Origin: Archangiaceae bacterium
Lineage (GTDB): Bacteria; Myxococcota; Myxococcia; Myxococcales; Myxococcaceae
Reading direction: 5' to 3'
DNA: 21,544 nucleotides
NCBI GenBank assembly: GCA_043750125.1
Contig: JAYVCD010000092.1
Coordinates: 1 to 21,544 of the forward strand
The notes under the pieces were generated by a model. The model was given only the letters and a program-made list of their open reading frames with translations, was not told the origin of the DNA and did not search any database. Position numbers and translations under genes: made by a program. This document shows positions 8,861 through 16,521 of this stretch, piece by piece (position 1 is the first letter of the stretch; each line of letters begins with the position of its first letter).

Positions 8861-11155
8861 ATGCTTGGTCCTCAGCTCAACCGGATCCGCGAGCGGCTCG
8901 ACGCCGTAAAGGCGGGAAAGGGCCTGGCCCAGGGCCTGTTCGATCGAGCGCGGGCGCTCTTCGATCGCGACGACGGCAGCCAGAGTCTCGAGGCGCTGCG
9001 GGGGTTGGACCGGGATTTTGATCGCGCGGGTGTTCACACTGCGGCGGACGCGAAGCTGCTGCGTGAGCTCGGCAAGATGAAGGGGAAGTTGGGGTTGCTG
9101 TGTGAGGGCCTGGCGGAACGGGCGCAGGCTGCGCTGGGTGACTTCGAGCTCGCCGTGCGTCGCGCCGAACGACTGCTGGCCGCCCAGGCTTTGCCCCCCG
9201 GGCTGGTGACGGCGCTCGATGCGGATTTTGTCCGGCTGGCGCGGGTGGTGAAAGTCGCTGACCTCTTCGTGCGCTCGTCCACCGAAGTCGATTCGAACGA
9301 AAAGGCCTTCGAGCTGTTTGCGCGCCCGGTCAGAGATTCGAGGCCGCCGGCGAGTGCGCGGCTGGCGGTGGCAGAGTTCTGGGTCCAGCGGGCGCAGAAC
9401 AACGTCCACGATGTCGGGGGCAAGCGACGCGATCTGGACCTGGCGCACGAGTTGTTGCTTCGCGCGAGCGTGGGGTCGCCGGGCGATCGCGATCGGTTGC
9501 GCCAGATGCGGATGGAAGTGGGCGCGGCGCGCGAGAGGGTCAGAGCGTCGCCGGTGGTGCGATCGCTGCAGGACCTGGTGCGCCACGTTCGCCACACGGC
9601 TCGACGGGATCCCCGAACCGCTTATCGGTCTTTGAAGGCGCTGTACGAGCGGGCGATCGAAGCGGGCGATTCCGAGCTCGCGCAGGTCGCGCGCGAGGCC
9701 CTGGGGACGATGCTTCCGGCGCCGGCGCAGCTCAAGCCGTGGGTCGAGCAAGGAAGGTTGAAGCAGCAGCTGGGCTGGAAAGAGCCCGTTCGCGTTGCCG
9801 AGGACGTGGAGAAGATCGACAGGTCCCCGGCGGGGGGCAAACCGGGTTCTGATGGGTCGACCGACGTGCTGGCTCAGCTGGCTTTTGATCTCGACGAAGA
9901 GAAGCTGGAAGCGCTTGAATTGGCTTCCGGCTGTGCGCGGTTCTTCGACGTAGAGGACACGCTTACCGAGGAATTGGTGGAAGCCGAGCTGTCCGCCACC
10001 CGACCGGTTCAACGGCGGGTGAGCCACCCGACCCAGGTCATGAGCTACGAGTTCACCAACAGCCTCGACGAGCTGCACAACTTCGTGATCCAGAGCCCAA
10101 GCATGCTGCTGTACGACCTGGCCTCGAGCCGGCAGACGGTGCGCGCGTACCTCGAAGAAGAGCCTCCGATGCGCTCGAAGCGGATCAAGAAGACGGCGGT
10201 GCGTGTCTACGTGCTGGACGCGTCGGGTTCGATGCATGGACCAAGGTCACGCTTTCGGGACGCGATCTTGATTGCCGAACTCAATGCGTTGCGGGTCAAG
10301 GCGCGCCAGGGCATTGGCTTTGATCCGCTCTATTTTTCGTTCTTCAACGACTCGCCGACTGAGCTGGCGCGGATCGACAATGGGCCCGAAGCCACCCGGC
10401 AGATTGAAAAGCTGTTCCGCCATTCGCCCGCGGAAGGACAGACCGACATCTCGCTCGCCTTGATGGCGTCGTTCGAGTCGATTCGGACTGCCCAGGGAAA
10501 AGATCCGTACCTGTCACGGGCGACCGTGGTGTTGGTGACCGACGGGGAAGACGCGGTGGATCTCGAGCTGGTGCGCAAGACACGCAAACCGTTTGAAGGG
10601 CTCGACATCTCGTTGTCGTTCATCTCTCTGGGCGAAGAAAACCCGGACCTGAAGTCGTTGGTGGTCGAGCAACGAAATGTCGGCGGGCGTGCATTTTACC
10701 ATCACCTTTCGGACGCCGAGATTGGGGTGGCTCGCACCGAATTCGATTCGACGTGGCGCACGTTGTTGCCGGGTGATGTTCCTGCGACGGTCGGCGCGCT
10801 CGAGGCGTTGCTGCCTCACCTCGAGGCGCTGGAACAGATTGCCGCGGGCCGGCCCGCCTTGGTTCCGCTTCGCGCCGAGGGGCAGTTCGAAGCGCTCTTT
10901 CCTCAGTCGCACTCGGGCGTGAGCGCCGAAGGCCCGCTGTCCCAACGGTTGGCCGACATTCTGGATGCGGTGGGCGAAGCGTCCTCGCTGGAGTCGGCAG
11001 ACAGCCGCAGTTCCGAGAGCGTGACGCTGCTCAACCACCTGCTGGCGCTGTATGGGGTGACGATGCCGAAGTACCTCGCAGCGGTCGAGACGCCGGCGCC
11101 TTCGGTGAAGATCGCGGTCGAGCGGGTGCGGCTGTTGTGCAAGCCGTTCGGGTGA
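8861..11155 (+). CDS. VWA domain-containing protein (ViaA-like partner of the MoxR ATPase)
   Basis: MIDAS motif VYVLDASGSM (DxSxS at 10217-10231), GQTD and VLVTDGE. GGAG precedes ATG 8861. Directly follows a MoxR-type ATPase, which is the usual pairing. Confidence 0.9.
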   Translation: MLGPQLNRIRERLDAVKAGKGLAQGLFDRARALFDRDDGSQSLEALRGLDRDFDRAGVHTAADAKLLRELGKMKGKLGLLCEGLAERAQAALGDFELAVRRAERLLAAQALPPGLVTALDADFVRLARVVKVADLFVRSSTEVDSNEKAFELFARPVRDSRPPASARLAVAEFWVQRAQNNVHDVGGKRRDLDLAHELLLRASVGSPGDRDRLRQMRMEVGAARERVRASPVVRSLQDLVRHVRHTARRDPRTAYRSLKALYERAIEAGDSELAQVAREALGTMLPAPAQLKPWVEQGRLKQQLGWKEPVRVAEDVEKIDRSPAGGKPGSDGSTDVLAQLAFDLDEEKLEALELASGCARFFDVEDTLTEELVEAELSATRPVQRRVSHPTQVMSYEFTNSLDELHNFVIQSPSMLLYDLASSRQTVRAYLEEEPPMRSKRIKKTAVRVYVLDASGSMHGPRSRFRDAILIAELNALRVKARQGIGFDPLYFSFFNDSPTELARIDNGPEATRQIEKLFRHSPAEGQTDISLALMASFESIRTAQGKDPYLSRATVVLVTDGEDAVDLELVRKTRKPFEGLDISLSFISLGEENPDLKSLVVEQRNVGGRAFYHHLSDAEIGVARTEFDSTWRTLLPGDVPATVGALEALLPHLEALEQIAAGRPALVPLRAEGQFEALFPQSHSGVSAEGPLSQRLADILDAVGEASSLESADSRSSESVTLLNHLLALYGVTMPKYLAAVETPAPSVKIAVERVRLLCKPFG

Positions 11156-11180
11156 CTTCCGCGTTACGCTTCGCTCAGTC

Positions 11181-11759
11181 GTGTTCGGCTTTTTCAAGAA
11201 GAAGAAGAAGAAGAGCCCGGAAACGAAGGATCCGCTCGCCGTCTATGACGGCTTCATCGAATCGCTCGAGCGGCAGGGCGCCGAGGTTCGAAAATCCGCA
11301 GCCACGTTGCTGGCTTTGCGCGGTGATCTGGCGCGGGACGTAGAGAAGTACGAGAAGCGCTCGAAGGATCTTTCCGAGCGGGTTCGGATCGCCGAGGACA
11401 AGGCAGACGCCCGGGCGAGCAAGACGCTTCGGCGGGATCTCGACGAGTCGAGGCTGATGCGAGAGCAGTCAGAGAAGACGCTGGTGTCGGCCAATGAAGA
11501 TGCCCAGCTGCTGCTCGAGGCCGCCGCGGACACCGCCAGCCGGGTGGCCGAGCTGAAGTCCGAGCGCCAGTCGGCGCGCGCGAGGCTTGCCACCGGGCTG
11601 GTTGTGAGCTCGGCGCTGAGGCAGCAGGTCGAAGAGTTCGACAAGGTGATCGCGCTCGATGCGGCGCGCGATGAAGTCGAGCGGGCCCGGGCGCTGGCCG
11701 ATGTCTACCGGGACGACGTGGACAAGAAGCAATTGCCCCGGCTTCCGGAGTCTTCGTGA
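11181..11759 (+). CDS. PspA/IM30 (ESCRT-III superfamily)-like coiled-coil protein
   Basis: 192 aa, all-helical heptad pattern. KDPLAVYDGFIESLERQGAEVRKSAATLLA resembles PspA helix 1 (EDP...I.EME..L.E.R...A..LA). RIAEDKADARAS falls at the hairpin turn, followed by VAELKSERQSARAR and EVERARALAD. Confidence 0.75.
   Translation: MFGFFKKKKKKSPETKDPLAVYDGFIESLERQGAEVRKSAATLLALRGDLARDVEKYEKRSKDLSERVRIAEDKADARASKTLRRDLDESRLMREQSEKTLVSANEDAQLLLEAAADTASRVAELKSERQSARARLATGLVVSSALRQQVEEFDKVIALDAARDEVERARALADVYRDDVDKKQLPRLPESS
11196..11213 (+). repeat. (AAG)6 trinucleotide repeat encoding a poly-Lys tract
   Basis: Six perfect in-frame AAG codons following MFGFF. Confidence 0.9.
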
Positions 11760-11766
11760 GGCAGAT

Positions 11767-12795
11767 CTAGCGGCTGCACCCGATGCGCTGGGTGTCGACG
11801 GCGACCTCGTCCATCCAGACGTCGAAGTTCGGGCCGACCTTGTCGTACGACTGGTAGTGGGTCCAGCCGAGCAGAAGTTGGTTGAAGGGAGGCAGCGGCC
11901 AGGGCCCGCTGCCCCCGTTGTTGGTGGCGGTCAGGTGGAGTTTGGGGTGTTCGATGCCGTCCCAAAAGACGCGCATTTCGCTGGCGGGAGCGTTCCAGAA
12001 CAGCTCGAAGCACAGCCACTGCTTCTCTGGGATTTCTGCGTGACCCGCGGGTGGGGCGTCGTCGATGCCGATCTCGGGCTTGTCCATTCCGTCTTCATTC
12101 AGCAGCAACACGCGGTTGATTGCGCCTCCGGCCCGAACATCGGGACTCTTGGTTCCGCTCGCAAAAGGGTAGGGGCCGCTGGCCGAAGCGAACGTCCAGT
12201 GGATGAGGGGGAAGTTGGCGGTGTCGTTGCCCTTGAAGGGCAGAGGAACCTTGTCGACGTACATGAAGAAGCGAACCCAGAAGGCGTTGCCGGCAATCGG
12301 GAAGATTTTCTTCACCACCATCATCGCTTTGTTCGGCTGAGCTCCCGTTCGGAAGTGAACCGACTTCAAACCTCGCGCCGCGCGGGTTGTGTCGACCGAG
12401 ACGCTCGCGGCAGCGGCGTTCCAGAACTCGAGGGTCCAGCTGGCCGGGTCTGGCGCTTGTCCGGCCGCGCGGCTCTCGAAGTCGTCGCAAAACAGCGCGC
12501 CGGAAGTGGCGCAGCTCGGAGGTCCGAAGAACTCGGTGCGGGTGCTCGAGAAATACCGGCCCCCGTCGGACGTGGTGCCGCCTCCGGTTCCTCCTCCACC
12601 GCTTCCACCTGCAGTGCCGCCACCCGAGCCGCCGGTGCCGCCGGTGCCGTCGGTGCCGCCGTTTCCGCCACCGGCAGAACCGCCGTTGCCCCCAAGGCTC
12701 CCGGTGCCTCCGCCGGTGTTGCCTGCGTCGGCAGGAACGGTGACCCCGCCCGAGCACGCGGTCAGCAAGAGGGCCCAGAGTGTGGTCGTCCTCAC
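11767..12795 (-). CDS. Lipoprotein with Gly-rich linker and Cip1-like / polysaccharide-lyase-like beta-sandwich domain
   Basis: GTG 12795 overlaps the DUF1552 stop (GTGA) and opens MRTTTLWALLLTAC (lipobox). A G/T/S linker follows, then FCDDFES, SVDTTRAARG.KS, WVRFFMY, QWLCFE, LGWTHYQ and VWMDEVAVDTQRIGC, which match my recollection of the Cip1 core. Confidence 0.75.
   Translation of the reverse strand: MRTTTLWALLLTACSGGVTVPADAGNTGGGTGSLGGNGGSAGGGNGGTDGTGGTGGSGGGTAGGSGGGGTGGGTTSDGGRYFSSTRTEFFGPPSCATSGALFCDDFESRAAGQAPDPASWTLEFWNAAAASVSVDTTRAARGLKSVHFRTGAQPNKAMMVVKKIFPIAGNAFWVRFFMYVDKVPLPFKGNDTANFPLIHWTFASASGPYPFASGTKSPDVRAGGAINRVLLLNEDGMDKPEIGIDDAPPAGHAEIPEKQWLCFELFWNAPASEMRVFWDGIEHPKLHLTATNNGGSGPWPLPPFNQLLLGWTHYQSYDKVGPNFDVWMDEVAVDTQRIGCSR
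12570..12740 (-). repeat. Low-complexity Gly/Thr/Ser linker (GGT-type coding repeats)
   Basis: Encodes GGGTGSLGGNGGSAGGGNGGTDGTGGTGGSGGGTAGGSGGGGTGGG; imperfect ccggtgccg repeats on the + strand. Boundaries approximate. Confidence 0.8.
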
Positions 12796-14219
12796 GCCTT
12801 GAGCTCGGTGTATTCGCCGGGAGCTCCGAACGCGCCGAAGTTGTTGATCAGCGAACCGTCGGTGTTGCGGATTCCGACGGCGTTGATGCAAGTGGTCAGC
12901 AGCTTGTTGTGAGGCGCATCGACGTCATTCTTGGTGTTCGCCTGGGCGGTGACCTTGATGTACTGGCCCTGCTTCAGGTACCCGCCGCTGCTCCCGGCGA
13001 TGACGTACGGCATGTCCATGAAGTTGTGCTCGAGCCCATCGGACAGCTCGTTCATCCAAACGACGGCGCTGTTGTCGAGCACGGTCTTCCCGTTCGGTTC
13101 GGAGTAAGCGGCGAGCTTGTCGAGCAGGTAACGGAACTGCTGCGCGTACCAGAGGTCGATCGCGGCGAGCCGGTCTTTGTAGTCGGTGATCATGCCCCCC
13201 GAGTTGTCGTCCTTGGTGTTTCCGTGGGACAGCTTGTGGTGGTTGAACTGATTGCTCAGGCCATCGAAGTTGAAGATCGGGCCTCCGGAGCCATCGCCCC
13301 ACTGCAGCGTTGCGACCCGGGTGTGACCGCAGGCGAGGGCGAGCGCCAGAATGTCCACCTGCAGCTGCCCGATCTTCTTGTACTCGCTGTCATTGCCGAC
13401 GGTGTTGGGGTTGAGCCCCTGCAGCTCGGTGAGGCGGGTGGCGGGCACGGTGCAGGCGGGGATCCCCGCGGTGGTCATGGTGACTTCGATGTCCCGAATC
13501 GACGAGTAGTGGAGATCGAGCTTGGCCTTGTCGGCTGCCGAGAGCCGGCGGGTTTTCAACGCGTCCATGTCGCCCTTCACCAGATCGAGGACGCTCTGCC
13601 GACGGGCGGCCAGGCGCTGGGCGACGGTGGAATCGGTGCCGGCCATGCCCATGAAGTCCTGGAAGGCCAACCAGGGGTTGTTCTCGCCTTGCACCGGCCG
13701 CATCGGGCCCATGTACGAGCAGACGCTGAGGACGCCTTGACCCCGTGGCCCAACCTTGAGGGTCATCGAGGGCTTGCCCATCGGGTTGATCTGCTGCGCC
13801 ATGTATTGATCGACCGAGATCCCGTTGGCGTAGTGGTCGGCGCCCGACAGTTGCTGGGCGGTGAGCTTGCCGCCCATGCCGTTCTGATGATCGCAGCCGA
13901 CGGGCGTCTGACCGCCGAAGTTGAAGCCCTTGGGCACCTTGTGAATCCCGCGCGGAATGAGGATCTTCGATTCGAGCCCCGCCAACGGTGCCAGCGCCGT
14001 CCCGGTGAACGAGGCGGACGTGAGCGCCCCGAAGGGGGTCGCCGGGAAAAATTTCTGCATGTTGACGCCGTTGCACTCGAGGAAAGCGACGAACCGTCTG
14101 GGCTGCAGCGCGGCGGCCTGAGCGCGCGCCGCGCGGGGAAGCAGTGACTCGAGAATGGGCAGGCCGACCGACAGACCGCCCAGGCCCCTCAAGAAGAACC
14201 TTCGGCTGACGGGCTTCAT
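12792..14219 (-). CDS. DUF1552 (HXXSHH family) protein with Tat signal
   Basis: GAGGAG SD and ATGA overlap. MKPVSRRFFLRGLGGLSVGLPILESL twin-arginine signal. Family segments SVDQYMA, RQSVLDLV, DKAKLDLHYSSIRDIE, ALACGHTRVATL, HHKLSH (13224-13241) and TVLDNS...E...G..H....MP. Confidence 0.92.
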   Translation of the reverse strand: MKPVSRRFFLRGLGGLSVGLPILESLLPRAARAQAAALQPRRFVAFLECNGVNMQKFFPATPFGALTSASFTGTALAPLAGLESKILIPRGIHKVPKGFNFGGQTPVGCDHQNGMGGKLTAQQLSGADHYANGISVDQYMAQQINPMGKPSMTLKVGPRGQGVLSVCSYMGPMRPVQGENNPWLAFQDFMGMAGTDSTVAQRLAARRQSVLDLVKGDMDALKTRRLSAADKAKLDLHYSSIRDIEVTMTTAGIPACTVPATRLTELQGLNPNTVGNDSEYKKIGQLQVDILALALACGHTRVATLQWGDGSGGPIFNFDGLSNQFNHHKLSHGNTKDDNSGGMITDYKDRLAAIDLWYAQQFRYLLDKLAAYSEPNGKTVLDNSAVVWMNELSDGLEHNFMDMPYVIAGSSGGYLKQGQYIKVTAQANTKNDVDAPHNKLLTTCINAVGIRNTDGSLINNFGAFGAPGEYTELKA

Positions 14220-15862
14220 GGCGTCTCCTCGGCAGAACGAAACCGGAACGAGTTGTTCTGGGTCAGATCTCCGATCATCTCTTTGAGCGGGTAGTCCGAC
14301 CGGGCGAGCCGGGTGGTCATCGCGTCGAGGTCGCACCCGTCTTCGGGCCCGTCGGCGCGCTGGTACGCGTAGCGCAGCCAGTTGCGCGCGTAGCAGCCCC
14401 GTGCCTCGTCAGAGGCGGCGACGATCTTGGCGAAATCGACCGCGTTGGCGAATCGGCGCTCTTGTCCTCCGAGCGAGATGGATCCGCTCGAGTCGACGGG
14501 GACTCCGTTGTCCTGGGTGCGGTACTGCCCGACGGCGTCGTAGTTCTCGAAGGCGAAGCCCATGGCGTTGATGCGGGCGTGGCAACCGCTGCAGGGCGCG
14601 GGCGAGGTGTGCACGTTCACCTGCTGGCGGGTGGTCTTGATGTCGCCGACGATCGGCGGAAGCTTGAGGTCGGCGTTGCCGGGTGGGTCTCCCAACGGCA
14701 GACAGAGGATTCGCCGAATCATGAAAACCCCCCGATGAATCGGGGAGTCCGATTGACTGTAGGCGTGGGTGGCGAGAAAGCCGGTCTGGGTGAGCAGCCC
14801 CGCGCGCTGCGTCGGGTCGAGCTCGACGCGGGTATAGGCGGCGGTGGTGTACGTGCCGGTCAGCTTGTAGAGCGCTGCGAGCTCGAGATTGACGAAGGTG
14901 TAGGGCGCGGTGAACAGCGTGGCGAAGGGAGCCTTTTGATCGAACACCACGTGGCTTACGAAGCGCAGCGTCTCTTGCTGCATCATCGGCTCGACCGCGG
15001 CAGTGAAGAGCGGGAAGAGCGTCGGGTCGCGGGTGAGGTTGTTGTACTTGTCCAGATCGAGCCACTGGTAGTGGAAGTCATCGACCACCTGGTGGGCGCG
15101 AACGTCGTCGAGCATCTTCACCGCCTGGGCCTTCACTTCGTCCGCGGTCCCAAGCTTGCCCGCTTCGGCGAGGTCGAGCAGCGCCGCGTCGGGGGTGGTG
15201 TTCCACAACAGGTATGAAAGCCGAGAGGCGATCTCGAACGAGTTGAGCGGCACCAGTGCTTTGACCGGAGCGCTCTCGACCAGCTCGACCCGATACAGAA
15301 ACTGGGGCATCTGCAGCAGGGTCTCGATCACAAACTGCACGCCCTTGTTGAAGGGGTCGGTTCCTTCGAGGACAGAGTCCGCTTTCTTGAACATCACGAA
15401 GAGGGAGTCTTTCTCGGTCTGGGTCAGGGGACGGCGATAGGCGCGGCGTCCGAACGAGGCGATGAAGCTCTTCGCGCAGTCGTCGGTCGAGCCTGCGCAG
15501 GGCACCACCTTGGAACGGGCGGCCGGAGTGTTGACCAACTGGAGGCCAAGGGCTTCGGCGCTGCGCCGGTAGTCGCGACCCTGCCGGTCGGTCACGTTCA
15601 GGCCGAGCGCGTTGTTGTTGAACCCCTGAAACGTCGGGTCCTTCTGAAAGGCCGCGGAAGGCGCGACGGGAAGGTCGAGCAGATCGCGAACGGTGTTGTC
15701 GTACTGCGCGTGGGTCAGCCGAACGAGCTTCGTTCCTGAAGAGGCGACCTTGCTGCAGATGTTGGTGTTGATCCCGCCGGGGCCCGGAGAGTTGATCCCG
15801 ACCTCGATTTGTCCGCTGCATCCCAAGCCAACAATCAACGCCAACCCGAGCCCGTTTCGCAT
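14216..15862 (-). CDS. DUF1592-family protein (DUF1587/1595/1592/1588/1585 architecture) with one CxxCH heme c motif; probable lipoprotein
   Basis: RLTHAQYDNTVRDLL, FGRRAYRRPLT, PQFLYRVE, EIASRLSYLLWNTTPD, RAGLLTQ, SPIHRG, CSGCH (14579-14593) and GFAFENYDAVG. ATG 15862 follows GGAGG and opens MRNGLGLALIVGLGC. Confidence 0.93.
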   Translation of the reverse strand: MRNGLGLALIVGLGCSGQIEVGINSPGPGGINTNICSKVASSGTKLVRLTHAQYDNTVRDLLDLPVAPSAAFQKDPTFQGFNNNALGLNVTDRQGRDYRRSAEALGLQLVNTPAARSKVVPCAGSTDDCAKSFIASFGRRAYRRPLTQTEKDSLFVMFKKADSVLEGTDPFNKGVQFVIETLLQMPQFLYRVELVESAPVKALVPLNSFEIASRLSYLLWNTTPDAALLDLAEAGKLGTADEVKAQAVKMLDDVRAHQVVDDFHYQWLDLDKYNNLTRDPTLFPLFTAAVEPMMQQETLRFVSHVVFDQKAPFATLFTAPYTFVNLELAALYKLTGTYTTAAYTRVELDPTQRAGLLTQTGFLATHAYSQSDSPIHRGVFMIRRILCLPLGDPPGNADLKLPPIVGDIKTTRQQVNVHTSPAPCSGCHARINAMGFAFENYDAVGQYRTQDNGVPVDSSGSISLGGQERRFANAVDFAKIVAASDEARGCYARNWLRYAYQRADGPEDGCDLDAMTTRLARSDYPLKEMIGDLTQNNSFRFRSAEETP

Positions 15863-15868
15863 GCAGCG

Positions 15869-15900
15869 TCCCTCCACCCTCGAACCGTCGAAGGGGGGGA
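15869..15900 (-). promoter_or_regulatory. Hairpin occluding the Shine-Dalgarno sequence of the DUF1592 gene
   Basis: mRNA UCCCCCCCUUCGA-CGGU-UCGAGGGUGGAGGGA can form 13 bp (one G-U) with two single-base bulges, covering GGAGG (15875-15871). Confidence 0.4.
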
Positions 15901-15961
15901 TTGGCGCATGTCGCGCCTTCCACGGCAAGGCAGCGGCCCACCGGAAAGGTGCCGCAAAGAC

Positions 15962-16474
15962 CTACCTCTTTGCGTAGGTCCGGCTGAGCTCGAGGTAGAC
16001 GGCGCACGAATGAGAAATCCACTCGCGCTCGCCGGGCTTGATGTCGCGGACGCGTTTGGCGGGCGAGCCCATGATGAAGCTGCCCGGGTCGAACTTCTTG
16101 TTCGGAGTGAGGAGCGAGCCTGCTGCAACGAAGCACCAGTCACCGAGCTCGACGTTGTCGAGGAGGATCGAACCCATCCCCACGAGGCAATGATTTCCGA
16201 CCGTGCAGCCGTGGAGGATCGCCCGATGTCCGACCGTGCATTCCTCGCCGATCGAGGTGTTGGAAGTCATCAGGGTCGCGTGGGCGATCGCCCCGTCTTG
16301 AAAATTGGTGCGGGCCCCGAGGCGAATGAAGCCGTTGTCGCCCCTCAGCACGGCGGTGGGCCAGACCGAGACTTCTTCGCCGAGGACTACGTCGCCCAGC
16401 AGTTGTGCGGAGGAATGCACGAAGGCCAAGGGATGCACCTGGGGGGTCATTCCATCGTAACTTTCGGTTCCCAT
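15962..16474 (-). CDS. Gamma carbonic anhydrase family protein (YrdA/CaiE-like, left-handed beta-helix)
   Basis: Hexapeptide repeats; VLRGD, TNFQDGAIAH and VGHRAILHGC supply three candidate Zn-binding His; GSPAKRVR and a C-terminal helix. Confidence 0.95.
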   Translation of the reverse strand: MGTESYDGMTPQVHPLAFVHSSAQLLGDVVLGEEVSVWPTAVLRGDNGFIRLGARTNFQDGAIAHATLMTSNTSIGEECTVGHRAILHGCTVGNHCLVGMGSILLDNVELGDWCFVAAGSLLTPNKKFDPGSFIMGSPAKRVRDIKPGEREWISHSCAVYLELSRTYAKR

Positions 16475-16508
16475 CGCGTTTCAATACGCGCAAGCGCCGG
16501 GAATCTCC

Positions 16509-16514
16509 TAATCT
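16509..16514 (+). promoter_or_regulatory. Candidate -10 element (TAATCT) of a leaderless transcript
   Basis: TANNNT lies 7 nt upstream of ATG 16522 with no SD, in a 47-bp divergent gap. Confidence 0.35.
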
Positions 16515-16521
16515 TCTGCCC

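Noticed and set aside
8309-10237. 642-aa - strand ORF opposite the AAA and VWA genes
   Set aside because: No recognisable motifs, and fully antisense to two well-supported genes; long shadow ORFs are expected in high-GC DNA.
11196-11213. (AAG)6 as a phase-variation switch
   Set aside because: The unit is 3 bp, so slippage would change only the Lys count and not the frame.
12570-12740. Short ccggtgccg repeats as a possible CRISPR or regulatory array
   Set aside because: No constant repeat-spacer structure; explained by a Gly/Thr-rich coding linker.
11659-14147. Long + strand ORFs 11659..12912 and 12780..14147
   Set aside because: Antisense shadows of the Cip1-like and DUF1552 genes, which carry clear signals, motifs and coupled starts.
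11760-15961. DUF1592 module as a mobile insertion
   Set aside because: No transposase, integrase, terminal repeats, target duplication or obvious composition shift is visible; it would need comparative genomics.
15921-15965. Resemblance of CACC-GGAAA-GGTG-CCGCAAAG to a c-di-GMP-I riboswitch core
   Set aside because: It lies on the + strand, antisense to both flanking genes, lacks the GGCAAA and GACGCAAAG consensus, and has no convincing next stem. An Rfam scan would settle it.
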